64,000 bases of DNA from Candidatus Moraniibacteriota bacterium (GTDB taxonomy: Bacteria; Patescibacteriota; Minisyncoccia; Moranbacterales; UBA1568), in NCBI GenBank assembly GCA_052034935.1, contig JBPOIB010000001.1, forward strand, positions 316,348 to 380,347, written 5' to 3'. This document shows, piece by piece, positions 1-9,681 of the stretch (position 1 is the stretch's first letter; each line of letters starts with the position of its first letter). The notes beneath the pieces were generated by a model. It did no database searches. It was not told where the DNA came from and was given only the letters and a program-made list of their open reading frames with translations. The position numbers were made by a program, and so were the translations under genes.

Positions 1-497
1 TGAAGATGCTGAGCAGTCGAAGTCCCTGCACCAGGTGCACCATTCTTCCCACCGGAATAAGCTATGGGTTGGCCAGCAACCACTTCTTGGCCTTCTGTAG
101 CGATGAAACCGCTGAGATGAGCATAGATGGTCCAGTAACCATTATGATGGTCGACTTTGGCAAACCAGCCGAAACCGCCATTCTCGCGGTCATTGGGGTA
201 GATACGCATGGTTCCACCAGCAGCTGCCACAACTATCGATCCGGCAGGCATGCCAAAATCAAGGTCATAGCGAGTAGCAACGTTCTGATGCGTAGGCGTG
301 TCGTTGCTGTTTTGGGTGCATCGATACCTCTGTCCGTCGTAAAACGGAAGCTGTACTTGCATCACAGGGTTCGAGCTTGCCGCAAGAATCCTCACCCTTG
401 AAGTCTCGGAGGAAGCCAAGGGAGCCTCGACTTCGCCGCCACAGGCAAGCAGGAGAATAGTTGCGAAAACGGCAACAATCCAATTCAGAACATTCAT
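1..497 (-). CDS. M23-family metallopeptidase lipoprotein, N-terminal 165 aa (ORF runs off the window start; absent from ORF track because no stop is seen)
   Basis: Own translation from ATG at 497 on minus strand: MNVLNWIVAVFATILLLAC (signal peptide with lipobox LLAC) ... RYDLDFGMPAGSIVVAAAGG ... YSGGKNGAPGAGTSTAQHLH, matching M23/LytM core motifs (the HLH of the HxH site sits at the window edge). The listed ORFs 6..401(+) and 265..504(-) are other frames of this gene. Confidence 0.6.
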   Translation of the reverse strand, partial: MNVLNWIVAVFATILLLACGGEVEAPLASSETSRVRILAASSNPVMQVQLPFYDGQRYRCTQNSNDTPTHQNVATRYDLDFGMPAGSIVVAAAGGTMRIYPNDRENGGFGWFAKVDHHNGYWTIYAHLSGFIATEGQEVVAGQPIAYSGGKNGAPGAGTSTAQHL

Positions 498-574
498 TTT
501 TCACCTCGATTGGAAAAGTACACGAAAGGATTCAGATTGAATCCACCTATGACACTCCCAATACTTTGAAAATG

Positions 575-1315
575 TCAATTGGAGGCCTCACCAGAATCTA
601 GTTTGACGAATCGAATTGATCTCAGAATTTCCGCCAGAATACTCATACTTTCTTGATCACCGCTATCACACAAAACGTACGCGTGATGATGTCTTCCATC
701 TTGGACTTTAGATCCATCCAAACGACGAAGAGGGAAAGAAAATCCAAAGTCACTCGTACAAGCTCCAGTCTTACTAAAAGAATCATAGCTGCGCATAGCT
801 GATTCTAATTCTGCCTTGCTGTCATCGCACATTTCCACCATTTGAGAATTAAGCTGGATATTGTTACATACGCCATTACTCTTGCTAAATAAGTACTTTT
901 CGGTCGGTAAGTTATTCAGTAGTATTCCAATTTTTCCTGGCTTATCAATATCAATCCCGGTACGGCCATTCTTCAAAATTGTTACATAAACTACACCGGC
1001 TGAATCAGAATCTTGTTTGATGTAAAACTGCTTTTCTGGATACCTAAACTCAAACCCATATTCCTCATTTCGATAGATCTTCCAGTCAGAAGTATCAATT
1101 GGAGTTTGAGGCTCGGTCTGAACTGGAGACTCTACGACAGGATCAATTGTCACAGGCTGATTCGTAACTGCATGCCGTTTTTGCATCAACCAAAAGGCAC
1201 CACTAGTAGCGAGAAGGGCGGTGAGAGTAATAGTGAGAAAGACGGGTTTCTGATTCATAGGTTTGACACTCGAATATATTCCCATGGGGAATGTTTGTAA
1301 ATATTGACGATACAA
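575..1315 (-). CDS. hypothetical exported protein with N-terminal membrane anchor (alternative start near 1258)
   Basis: 246-aa ORF; hydrophobic segment VFLTITLTALLATSGAFWLM near the N-terminus; Cys/Asp-rich C-terminal half; no recognisable family. Lies directly upstream of the M23 peptidase on the same strand. Confidence 0.5.
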   Translation of the reverse strand: MYRQYLQTFPMGIYSSVKPMNQKPVFLTITLTALLATSGAFWLMQKRHAVTNQPVTIDPVVESPVQTEPQTPIDTSDWKIYRNEEYGFEFRYPEKQFYIKQDSDSAGVVYVTILKNGRTGIDIDKPGKIGILLNNLPTEKYLFSKSNGVCNNIQLNSQMVEMCDDSKAELESAMRSYDSFSKTGACTSDFGFSFPLRRLDGSKVQDGRHHHAYVLCDSGDQESMSILAEILRSIRFVKLDSGEASN

Positions 1316-1349
1316 TTAAAGTATAGCGTAACTCTAAAGCACCAAAAAA

Positions 1350-1382
1350 CCCTTCATCAGAAGGGTTTGCAATCAAAAAGCG
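1350..1382 (-). terminator. rho-independent terminator after the sugar-transferase gene
   Basis: Minus-strand hairpin AACCCTTC-tgat-GAAGGGTT followed by TTTTTTGG. Confidence 0.55.
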
Positions 1383-1396
1383 AAGGGTTGAGAGTA

Positions 1397-2812
1397 CTAA
1401 TTCTTGCGGCGACGAAGCAGCGTCTGGGCCGTTTTCAGACAGATCACAATATCAAGCCAAAGCGACCAATTCTCGATATAGAACACGTCGAGCCGATACT
1501 CGTCCTCAAAGTCGAGATCGGATCGTCCGGAAACCTGCGCCATCCCCGTCACGCCCGGCTTGATGGTGAGGAGACGGCGATGGTATTCACTGTATTTTTC
1601 TACTTCTCGTTTCTGATGCGGCCGCGGGCCCACCAGACTCATTTCGCCACGGAGCACATTGAAAAACTGGGGCAGTTCATCAAGGGAGTAGCGCTCAATG
1701 AAGCTGCCAATCCTCGTCTTGCGCGGATCATCCTTGATCTTGTAGAGCGGACCCTGGCGAACACTGCGCTCGGCGATGAGCTGCTTCTCATATTCGAGTG
1801 CCTGTTCAAAATTCGGGTTATCCTTATTGATACACCATTTCCACTGCATGTAGCGAAATTTGAAAACTGGAATCTTCTCACCATTCTCCCCGATTCGTTC
1901 ATTGGTATAGATGATCGGACCATCCGGATCTTCAAGTTTAGTCAGGAGGGCAATTACGAGCATTACCGGAGAGGCGATGATGGTCAACGCAAAACCACCC
2001 ACGAGATCGAAAGCTCGTTTCAAAACTTTCCCCCAACCATCGAGCGGCGTATGCTGAAACTCAATAATGGGCTCGCCATTGAAGATACTCATCGTGAATC
2101 GTGACGTTTCGCGCGTCGTCGGGAGATATTTCAGCGTAATGTTATTGATCTGGCAATAGTCGAGCAATTTCTGTTGTTCATCATCCGTCAGCGACGGATC
2201 GCACACCATAATCTCATCGAGTCCTCTTTCTTCTCGGATAGCCTTGATTGCATGGAGTGAAATCGTTTCGATTTGGCCGACCGTCACATACCCGAGATCC
2301 GGCCGAGTGGCGAACAGACTCTTCAACTGTTCGATTTTCCCGTTCGTACCGACCAGGAGAATACGATGTACGCCCACCCCCTTCTTCACGAGGTAGTAGC
2401 GCTGAATGCGCTGGATGAGATAACGAGCAATCGTCACATAGAACACTGCAAAAGACCAGCCGGCGAGAATAATGAAACGCGACGAAAACCATTCCCGCTT
2501 CAAGAATATCGTCACGATAATAAGCACGAGGACAAGTGATGTCGCCCGGAAGACCTTGAAAGCCTCAGAAAGCGGCGTTCTGGTCGCCCGCATCGTGTAG
2601 AGTCCCTCAATTGCATAGACGATGAGGAAAAGTGGCGCCACAGCAAGCGTCACCTGGAGAAAGTCGACCAGATCAATATTATAGAGCTTGGGCCGAAGCG
2701 CGAGAATCTGCGGAACATTGCGAACAGCAAACGCTGAAAGCGCCGCCAGGACAATCATGATAAAGTCCACCGGCAGCTGGATAGCACTGAAATAGATTTC
2801 GGAACGTTTCAC
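1397..2812 (-). CDS. undecaprenyl-phosphate sugar phosphotransferase (WbaP/bacterial sugar transferase family, polyprenyl glycosylphosphotransferase); GTG start
   Basis: 471 aa; N-terminal TM helices; C-terminal bacterial sugar-transferase domain with conserved ...LRGEMSLVGPRPH... motif and KIKDDPRKTRIG segment. Confidence 0.85.
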   Translation of the reverse strand: MKRSEIYFSAIQLPVDFIMIVLAALSAFAVRNVPQILALRPKLYNIDLVDFLQVTLAVAPLFLIVYAIEGLYTMRATRTPLSEAFKVFRATSLVLVLIIVTIFLKREWFSSRFIILAGWSFAVFYVTIARYLIQRIQRYYLVKKGVGVHRILLVGTNGKIEQLKSLFATRPDLGYVTVGQIETISLHAIKAIREERGLDEIMVCDPSLTDDEQQKLLDYCQINNITLKYLPTTRETSRFTMSIFNGEPIIEFQHTPLDGWGKVLKRAFDLVGGFALTIIASPVMLVIALLTKLEDPDGPIIYTNERIGENGEKIPVFKFRYMQWKWCINKDNPNFEQALEYEKQLIAERSVRQGPLYKIKDDPRKTRIGSFIERYSLDELPQFFNVLRGEMSLVGPRPHQKREVEKYSEYHRRLLTIKPGVTGMAQVSGRSDLDFEDEYRLDVFYIENWSLWLDIVICLKTAQTLLRRRKN

Positions 2813-2867
2813 GGCGGTATCGGATTAAAGCTTATGTCTTCTCCAAACCAACCTCTTCAGTATAACC

Positions 2868-3245
2868 CCCCTGTACAAAACAGATCGATAAGCCGGATTC
2901 TGTACCCTTCGATCACTCTCTGGGCGACTATCATTTCTCTTGCTCGACCGTTGCCGGCCGAATCTTTGCAGTTCTCCCGATGTTTTTTGAGCTCCAAAAA
3001 CCATCTGGCACGACCTTGCATCGAGGTAAGGATTTAGCCGTTTCACCCCCGCCTTTCGACAGGATTCTTCCCGAAGGAAGCCGCGGCCTTTCGGCTCTGG
3101 CGTCACTGCTCGCACCTCTCAAATCGCTTTGGACGGGCGTTACCCGCTACCAGCTACCTTTTAGGGGTCGATGTCCGGACTTTCCACACCGCCCCGTTTT
3201 ATATGGGCTAGCGCGATAGTCTGATCTGTTCTGTAAAGGACGGTC
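2868..3245 (-). ncRNA. rnpB: RNase P RNA (bacterial type A)
   Basis: Minus strand carries the universally conserved P4 strands GGAAAGTCCGGAC (plus coords about 3169-3186) and ACAGAATCCGGCTTATCG (about 2886-2904). Complementary P1 strands ACAGAACAGATC (3221-3236) and GATCTGTTTTGT (2872-2890) bracket the molecule. A sigma70-like promoter TTGACA-N17-TTCAAT lies just upstream. Length about 375 nt. No long ORF on the sense strand. Confidence 0.85.
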
Positions 3246-3255
3246 ACACCGTTAT

Positions 3256-3284
3256 ATTGAATCACAAATGTATTGCTTTGTCAA
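3256..3284 (-). promoter_or_regulatory. putative sigma70-type promoter of rnpB (TTGACA-N17-TTCAAT)
   Basis: Minus-strand TTGACA at 3284-3279 and TTCAAT at 3261-3256; the predicted TSS is about 10 nt upstream of the P1 stem. Confidence 0.4.
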
Positions 3285-3289
3285 TATAT

Positions 3290-3326
3290 TTTTCAAACCA
3301 AAAGAAGCTCTGTCTAAGCCTCTTTT
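3290..3326 (-). terminator. rho-independent terminator downstream of pheT
   Basis: Minus-strand stem AAGAGGCT/AGCTTCTT (one G-U pair), loop tagacag, followed by TTGGTTTG. Confidence 0.45.
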
Positions 3327-3330
3327 TGAG

Positions 3331-5700
3331 CTACATTTTCAATCGAAAACCAACTCTCTCCCCGGCTGCTGTTACAATCTTTTCAAAAGTTGCATCCATT
3401 TCCTCTCTGGAGAGGGTGCGCTCGGAAGAACCGAAGGAAAGATGAAGCGAAAAACTCTTTTCCTCGCCGGCCTCAAAGACATCAAAAAGCTCATATGCGA
3501 CCAAAAGCGGCCGGCCGGCCTCACGAAGCACGACTTCGATGTCGTTGAAGTTCACTGACTTCGGGCCAATGAGCGAGATGTCACGTCGCGCCACTGGAAA
3601 ACGCGAGAATTCCCGGTAGAGCGACTGTTCCTTAGCATAGCTCGACAATATCGGGACCGAGAGTTCCGCGAAGTACGCTTTCACCCCTCCGCTCAGTCGT
3701 CGTGACCATTCGGTAGCGACTTCGCCCGCGTAGCCGATATGCTTACCATCTGGTGTGGTGAGATGAGCGACCCGGCCTGGGGCAAATGCTGGGAACGCAC
3801 CAGAGGCCATCTCGTTCCAGACCACGCCAATCTTTACTGTTTCAAAAATTGCCTCGAGCCGGCCTTTGAAGCGAAGAAAGGTCTCGGTATCCGATACCTC
3901 TTTCGGAGAGAGCACGGCAAGGGCAACTTGTTTCTCTTCGAACGGACCGGTTTTTTCATTCCGGTGGATGCTACCGAACTCGAAAAGGCTGGCGCGGCTG
4001 AAATGCTTAGCATTTGTCGCGAGGGCGCGGTAGAGCCCCGGGAACAGGCTCGAGCGAAGGTATGTCTGGTCCGGATTCATCGGATTCGCAATCGTGAGAT
4101 GCAATTCCTTCGGCAGCTCCACCTGACTCAGGCTTTTTTCACCGTAAAATGAGTAGCTCATCACCTCGTCGAAACCCATGGAAGCGAGCATAGTTTTGAG
4201 TCGACGCTCAAAGGCTTTAGCTGGATCCGGTTTTGCCGGAGCGGCTGGACGAGAAAGAGGGACTGGGACGATATTGTGATAGCCATGCATCCGACCGATT
4301 TCTTCGACGAGATCTTCGGGTGCACGGAGGTCGGGGCGACGAGGTGGTATCGTAATCTTCAGTGCAGGACGATTCGGGACTTTCTTCACCGAAAGACCGA
4401 GCCAAGAGCAGCACTGGACGATTTGAAAAAGCGGTATCTTGGTGCCAAGAAGACTCTCGATGAGCGATTGCTCGAGCACGATGACGACTGGTTTCAGGGA
4501 CTTGGCCGCAACATCGCGCACGGCCAGTTTTTCTCCCATCCCCCACTCACTCACGTACCGAGCCAGAAGCTCGGCGACTTCACCAGGACGCTCCGTATCA
4601 ATACCCCGCTCGTAGCGATACGCCGCATCAGTCAAGAGCCGGTGACGTTTCTCCGTCCGCCGGACACTCTGCGCATCAAAGCTCGCAATCTCAAAAACAA
4701 CACGTGATGTCTTATCGGAAATCGCCGAGTGTTTCCCACCCATGACACCAGCCAAGGCGAGTGGTTTCTTCGTATCAGCAATGACAACATCGTCTTTAGA
4801 GAGTGCAACAACCGTACCATCGAGTAACATCAGGTGCTCGCGCGCCTTAGCCTCACGGACGACGATACCGCCCGCCGGAATCGCATCCGCATCAAAAGCA
4901 TGGACCGGCTGCCCGGTTTCAAGCATGAGATAGTTCGTAAGATCGACGAAAGCATTCATCGGCCGAAGTCCCGAGAGGACGAGCCGAGCCTGAACCGAAA
5001 GCGGGCTCTGACCCGAGACAACATTTTCCAAGAGAAGGGCAATGTAACGTTTTGAACGTTCTGTCTTGATACTGACCTTTGGCACCTTGGAACTCTTGCG
5101 GAGATGTGAGGTTTTCTTCTCTTTGGACAGGAACGGCGCAACACCTCCTTCGAGCGCCGCAATCTCGCGCGCCAGTCCCTGATATGAGAGGGCATCGCAG
5201 CTTCGGTCAGGGAGAATCTTTACATCAAGAAGGGTGTCGGCGAGTCCGGCGTAGGTGACGAAATCACGGCCGAGCGGCGCATCCGCTGGCAGCACCAGTA
5301 TTCCCTCATGACTTGAACCAAGTCCGAGTTCTTTCGCCGAACAAATCATCCCGGATGACTGCACGCCCCGAAGCTCAGCTTCTTTAATTTCGATACCGCC
5401 AGGAAGCTTCGCGCCGGGAAGGGCAACCGCCACTTTCTGACCAACGGCGAGATTCGGTGCGCCACAGACAATTTCGCGCACGTTTTTCTTCCCGATCGTA
5501 ACGGTCGCGACGCGTAATCGATCAGCATTCGGATGCTCTTGTACTGCCATGACTTTTCCGATGACGACGCCAGACAATCCGTGCTCGTATGCACTAACCG
5601 ATTCCACTTCGAAAGCATGCGCCATGAGAAGCTCTGCCAGGCGCTCTGGCGATTTTGTGGTTCCGGAAAGTTCTTTGAGCCAGTGATAGGAAAACTGCAT
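3331..5700 (-). CDS. pheT: phenylalanine--tRNA ligase beta subunit
   Basis: 789 aa; N-terminal tRNA-binding (EMAP-like) domain, B3/B4 and B5 segments, C-terminal anticodon-binding-like domain; immediately downstream of pheS (canonical pheST order). Confidence 0.93.
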   Translation of the reverse strand: MQFSYHWLKELSGTTKSPERLAELLMAHAFEVESVSAYEHGLSGVVIGKVMAVQEHPNADRLRVATVTIGKKNVREIVCGAPNLAVGQKVAVALPGAKLPGGIEIKEAELRGVQSSGMICSAKELGLGSSHEGILVLPADAPLGRDFVTYAGLADTLLDVKILPDRSCDALSYQGLAREIAALEGGVAPFLSKEKKTSHLRKSSKVPKVSIKTERSKRYIALLLENVVSGQSPLSVQARLVLSGLRPMNAFVDLTNYLMLETGQPVHAFDADAIPAGGIVVREAKAREHLMLLDGTVVALSKDDVVIADTKKPLALAGVMGGKHSAISDKTSRVVFEIASFDAQSVRRTEKRHRLLTDAAYRYERGIDTERPGEVAELLARYVSEWGMGEKLAVRDVAAKSLKPVVIVLEQSLIESLLGTKIPLFQIVQCCSWLGLSVKKVPNRPALKITIPPRRPDLRAPEDLVEEIGRMHGYHNIVPVPLSRPAAPAKPDPAKAFERRLKTMLASMGFDEVMSYSFYGEKSLSQVELPKELHLTIANPMNPDQTYLRSSLFPGLYRALATNAKHFSRASLFEFGSIHRNEKTGPFEEKQVALAVLSPKEVSDTETFLRFKGRLEAIFETVKIGVVWNEMASGAFPAFAPGRVAHLTTPDGKHIGYAGEVATEWSRRLSGGVKAYFAELSVPILSSYAKEQSLYREFSRFPVARRDISLIGPKSVNFNDIEVVLREAGRPLLVAYELFDVFEAGEEKSFSLHLSFGSSERTLSREEMDATFEKIVTAAGERVGFRLKM

Positions 5701-5703
5701 AGA

Positions 5704-6735
5704 CTAGAATTGGCGGATAAAGCGGAGGTCGCCCGACATGAGGAGGCGGATATCGGAAATCTTGTACTTCATCATGGCGAGCCGGGTCAGTCCGAAACCC
5801 CAAGCGAAACCCTGATACTGATTGCGCTTATAGCCGGCCGCTTCGAGTACGTTCTGATGGACCATACCCGCACCACCGATCTCGAGCCAGCCTGTCCCCT
5901 TGCAGACCGGACAGCCGCGACCATCGCAAAGAAGACAATTTACGTCAAATTCAAACGACGGCTCAGTGAATGGGAAAAAGCTCGGGCGCAGGCGGACGGT
6001 CGTCTCACGTTGAAAGAAGGCCGTGAAAAAGTTCTCCGCTACCGATTTGAAATTCGCAACGGAAACATGATCCCCCACCACCAAACATTCGAACTGATGA
6101 AAGGTGTGCTCATGCGAGGCATCGGTCGCTTCATTGCGGAAAATCCGGCCGGGTATGATGATTTGGAAGGGTGGCTTATGCGTTTCCATATACCGCACCT
6201 GAACCGAGGAAGTATGGGTCCGTGGCAAATATTTTTTTTTGCCCCACGTCTCTCCCAACCAGAAGGCATCCTGCATATCGCGGGCTGGATGATCGGGCGG
6301 AAAGTTCAAAGCATCAAAGTTATACCATTCACTTTCAATCTCCGGACCATCGGCGACGGAGAATCCCATGGAGGCGAAGATATCTTCAATCTCATGTTCG
6401 ATCCGTGTGATGGGATGGAGGTGTCCAGCACGCTCACTTTTGCCGGGTAGGGTCACATCAATCGCATCACTCACAACACCGATATCTTTCGAAAAGACAC
6501 GGTCCTTTGCCGCCTCAAAAGCCTCAAAAAGCTCGCGCTTGATACCGTTTCCGGCGGCGCCGACTGTTTTTCGCTCCTCGGGGGATAACTCCTTCACCCC
6601 TTTCAGCAGCGTGTTGAACTCGCTTTTCCGCCCGAGATACGTGTTTTCCCAGGCATGCAAAGAAGCCTCGTCTTTGGCCTCTGCGAGGGCACTTAGCGCT
6701 TCTTGTTGTATAGCTTTCAGTCGATCAAGGGTCAT
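5704..6735 (-). CDS. pheS: phenylalanine--tRNA ligase alpha subunit
   Basis: 343 aa; class II aaRS core with ...FPFTEPSFEFDV... and C-terminal GWLEIGGAGMVH...; 3 nt from pheT. Confidence 0.93.
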   Translation of the reverse strand: MTLDRLKAIQQEALSALAEAKDEASLHAWENTYLGRKSEFNTLLKGVKELSPEERKTVGAAGNGIKRELFEAFEAAKDRVFSKDIGVVSDAIDVTLPGKSERAGHLHPITRIEHEIEDIFASMGFSVADGPEIESEWYNFDALNFPPDHPARDMQDAFWLGETWGKKKYLPRTHTSSVQVRYMETHKPPFQIIIPGRIFRNEATDASHEHTFHQFECLVVGDHVSVANFKSVAENFFTAFFQRETTVRLRPSFFPFTEPSFEFDVNCLLCDGRGCPVCKGTGWLEIGGAGMVHQNVLEAAGYKRNQYQGFAWGFGLTRLAMMKYKISDIRLLMSGDLRFIRQF

Positions 6736-6766
6736 GCCGTCATTCTATCCATTCCTGTCGTCGCGG

Positions 6767-7975
6767 TCAAAAAACGATTCTAAAGAAGTCTTTCTTCCCC
6801 ACTTTTACTACCGCATCTTTGTGGTCATCGGAAACGACAACAGCAAAGTCTTCCAGTTTTTTTTCATTCACTGACACTCCGCCTTGTTCGATCTTCCGTC
6901 GCGCTTCCGTCTTGCTTGCCGCTACACCAGCCACAACCAAAAGCTCAGTGAATGCCGTACCAACAGACGTCTGTACCGAAGGCATCTCCGTTGGCACATG
7001 GCCTTTACTAAACGTCTCGATGAAATATTGTTCCGCCGCCGCTCCCGCTGTGGCACCATGGTACAGCGTGACGATTTCTTTCGCGAGCCGAACCTTCGCA
7101 TCGCGAGGATTCGCACCAGTCACAATCGCTTCAGCAAATTTGGCGATGTCCTCCATCGGTACGCGCGTACAGTGCACGAAATACTCCATGATGAGCTCGT
7201 CCGGAATGCTCATGCATTTCCCGAACATATCATTCGGCGTATCAAGGAGATTGATCGTGTTCCCCCAGCTCGAGCTCATCTTACGGCCATCGGTCCCGAG
7301 GATGAGGTTGGTCATGAGAATCCCCTGCTCTTTCTGACCGTACTTCGGCTGCATCGTTCGTCCGGCCAACAGATTGAAACGCTGATCGGTTCCGCCGAGC
7401 TCAACATCAGACTTCACGGTCACACTGTCATAGCCCTGCATCAGGGGATAGAGGAGCTCACGGAGAGAAACTCGCTTTCCTGCTTCGAGACGTTTCTTCA
7501 CGTTTTCCCGGGCAATGAATTCAGCGAGCGAGAACGCATCCGCCTGTTCCCCGATTTCCTTATAGGTCAGCGATCCCAGCCATTCGGAATTATGTCGCAC
7601 CTCGACCTTCGAAATATCGAGAATCTTGGCCGCCTGGTCGACATAGGATTGTAGATTTTGCTCGATGACCTCAGTCGAAAGCATTGGTCGTTCCGCTTCC
7701 TTGTCTGAAGTATCGCCGATGATGCCGGTAAAGTCGCCGACAATGAACACGACATCACAGCCCAATTCCTGGAAATCGCGCAGTTTCAAAAGCGGCACAG
7801 ACCGGCCGAGATGAAGGTTCGGGCTCGTCGGATCGATGCCGAGCTTCACCCGGAGTTTTTCGCCAGCAAGAAGCCGCTTCTTCAGATGCTCGCGGTCAAT
7901 CACTTCGGCCACACCGCGAGTCAAAAGCTCTTCAATTTTTTGTTCTCGGTTTTCCATATGTATGTATTCTACCAC
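6767..7975 (-). CDS. tyrS: tyrosine--tRNA ligase (possible true start at 7957)
   Basis: HIGH-region variant GIDPTSPNLHLGR, KMSKS variant KMSSS, C-terminal S4 RNA-binding domain (RRKIEQGGVSVNEKKL). Confidence 0.88.
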   Translation of the reverse strand: MVEYIHMENREQKIEELLTRGVAEVIDREHLKKRLLAGEKLRVKLGIDPTSPNLHLGRSVPLLKLRDFQELGCDVVFIVGDFTGIIGDTSDKEAERPMLSTEVIEQNLQSYVDQAAKILDISKVEVRHNSEWLGSLTYKEIGEQADAFSLAEFIARENVKKRLEAGKRVSLRELLYPLMQGYDSVTVKSDVELGGTDQRFNLLAGRTMQPKYGQKEQGILMTNLILGTDGRKMSSSWGNTINLLDTPNDMFGKCMSIPDELIMEYFVHCTRVPMEDIAKFAEAIVTGANPRDAKVRLAKEIVTLYHGATAGAAAEQYFIETFSKGHVPTEMPSVQTSVGTAFTELLVVAGVAASKTEARRKIEQGGVSVNEKKLEDFAVVVSDDHKDAVVKVGKKDFFRIVF

Positions 7976-8409
7976 CCGTATTCGCTGTATGAGATGTTAT
8001 TCTGAATATTTCCCAGAACCGTTCTAATGTAAGGAATAGTGTTTTCAGGCAAATAATCAATGGCAAACCAAGATAAATCATCACATTTCCCCGGTTCCCG
8101 ATTTTGTACTTCACCCTCCCAATGACTGACTGGGAAAAACGCGTCTACTCGTTCTGAACCATCTTCGCCTTTCCGGTGGAGAATATGCGGTGCAGCTAAC
8201 TCGCCTGGATCAATACGGACTCCAATTTCTTCATAAATCTCCCGAAGCAAGGCGGCCGTAAAACTCTCTCCCGGTTCGACATGCCCCGCCGGCAATGAAT
8301 ATTGACCGTCACAATACCCGGTATTCGCTCGGCGAGCGAGGAGCACCTTTCCGTCCTGAATAAGTACCAGGTAGGAAGCAAGGACATTGGTCGGGAGATG
8401 TTTCCCCAT
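7969..8409 (-). CDS. NUDIX hydrolase
   Basis: Nudix box GHVEPGESFTAALLREIYEEIGV (GX5EX7REUXEEXGU). Confidence 0.85.
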   Translation of the reverse strand: MGKHLPTNVLASYLVLIQDGKVLLARRANTGYCDGQYSLPAGHVEPGESFTAALLREIYEEIGVRIDPGELAAPHILHRKGEDGSERVDAFFPVSHWEGEVQNREPGKCDDLSWFAIDYLPENTIPYIRTVLGNIQNNISYSEYGW

Positions 8410-8414
8410 ACGGC

Positions 8415-8723
8415 CTAGAGTCCAAGCTTCCGTTTCGCCAACCGGTACTGGTCATCCGACATCTGTCCGGCCTTTTTCATTGCGTCGAGCTGAGCCATGA
8501 TTTCGCCCTTGTGTTTCTCGATATTTTTCGGGGTCATCGCCTTCTGCATCACCTTTTGGCGCTCCTCCGGCGACATTTTCAGCACCCGCTTCATGGCGAA
8601 GCGCTGAATCATATTCATATCTTTCGCTCCCGGCATCGCGGCGAGTTCAGCTTCAAGCTTCGCTGCATCTTCATCAGTCTTCTTTTTTTCTTCGTCGTCT
8701 TTTTTGAAGGGATTCCATTTCAT
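8415..8723 (-). CDS. hypothetical small highly charged protein
   Basis: 102 aa, Lys/Glu-rich, no TM; co-directional between secF and the NUDIX gene. Confidence 0.45.
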   Translation of the reverse strand: MKWNPFKKDDEEKKKTDEDAAKLEAELAAMPGAKDMNMIQRFAMKRVLKMSPEERQKVMQKAMTPKNIEKHKGEIMAQLDAMKKAGQMSDDQYRLAKRKLGL

Positions 8724-8744
8724 AACTACGGAAAGATTATGGGC

Positions 8745-9677
8745 TTAGGCTGGCTTCTTGTTTTCGACTATTGCCTGATCAGGAAACTTCATCTTGAACC
8801 GGGTGACCAGGAGCGCCGAAGCGATGAAGATGGATGAATACGTTCCGAAGCCGACACCGATGAGAAGCGCAACCGCGAACCAACGGACGCTTTCGCCGCC
8901 GAGTACCGCGACCGCGATCAGCACGATGATGACCGTGAGTGATGTATTTACCGAACGAACCAGTGTTTCATTGAGCGAGCGATTCACAATCGCCTCAAAG
9001 TTTGTGCCGGCGCGCGATCGGAGGAGATTCTCACGTACTCGGTCATAGACGACGATCGTATCGTTCACCGAATAGCCGAGGATAGTGAGGAGCGCAGCGA
9101 CGAACGGCACACCGACTTCGACGTCAGAGAAATGACCAAGGAGCGCGAAGACACCGACCGTGATAACAATGTCGTGGGCGAGGGCGATGATTGCTCCTGC
9201 ACCATATTCCCAGCTCTTCACCGGGTACGCCACGCGTCGGAAGGCCCAGGCGATATAAAGCGCGATACCGATAAGAGCGAGCAGTGTGCCGGTAAAGGCT
9301 TGGCGCTGCATCTGATTGGACACGGAAGCACCGATAAAGTCGACGCGGAGCTGCGCTACGGCGGGATCAATTTCCTTCATCGCGCTGAAGACCTTTTCGT
9401 TCGTCGTATCATCCGAGGCGAGGTAACGGATGAGCATACCCCACTCGGCGGTCGGTTGTACCGTGAGACTCTGGAGCTCGACCGCGGCCAGCTTTTCCCG
9501 GATCGTATCCGCTGTCGGAGCGACTGCCTCGGTAAAGCGCACTTCCATGAGCGTCCCGCCTTTGAAGTCGATGCCGAGCCGGAGGCCGTAGATGAAGATG
9601 CAGGCGATCGCCGCTCCCGTGACAAGGATGGAGAAGGCGTAGGCGTATTTCCGTTTCTGGATGATGTTGAGCTGCAT
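8745..9677 (-). CDS. secF: protein translocase subunit SecF (ORF track extends to 9752; ATG at 9677 gives a conventional N-terminus MQLNIIQKRKYAYAF)
   Basis: Polytopic membrane protein with SecF-type periplasmic loop; follows secD with a 5-nt gap. Confidence 0.85.
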   Translation of the reverse strand: MQLNIIQKRKYAYAFSILVTGAAIACIFIYGLRLGIDFKGGTLMEVRFTEAVAPTADTIREKLAAVELQSLTVQPTAEWGMLIRYLASDDTTNEKVFSAMKEIDPAVAQLRVDFIGASVSNQMQRQAFTGTLLALIGIALYIAWAFRRVAYPVKSWEYGAGAIIALAHDIVITVGVFALLGHFSDVEVGVPFVAALLTILGYSVNDTIVVYDRVRENLLRSRAGTNFEAIVNRSLNETLVRSVNTSLTVIIVLIAVAVLGGESVRWFAVALLIGVGFGTYSSIFIASALLVTRFKMKFPDQAIVENKKPA

Positions 9678-9681
9678 ATCT

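Noticed and set aside
6-504. ORF-track entries 6..401(+) 131 aa and 265..504(-) 79 aa
   Set aside because: Both are alternative frames of the partial M23 peptidase gene that reads 497 to 1 on the minus strand (the real frame has no stop in the window and is therefore unlisted).
2825-3219. Four ORFs of 63-96 aa overlapping 2825-3219 on both strands
   Set aside because: They lie inside the RNase P RNA gene; protein sequences are low-complexity Arg/Pro/Ser-rich, as expected for GC-rich structured RNA read in a random frame.
5533-6450. 305-aa ORF on the plus strand
   Set aside because: Antisense to the pheS/pheT junction; no RBS, Arg/His-rich shadow ORF of a highly conserved gene on the other strand.
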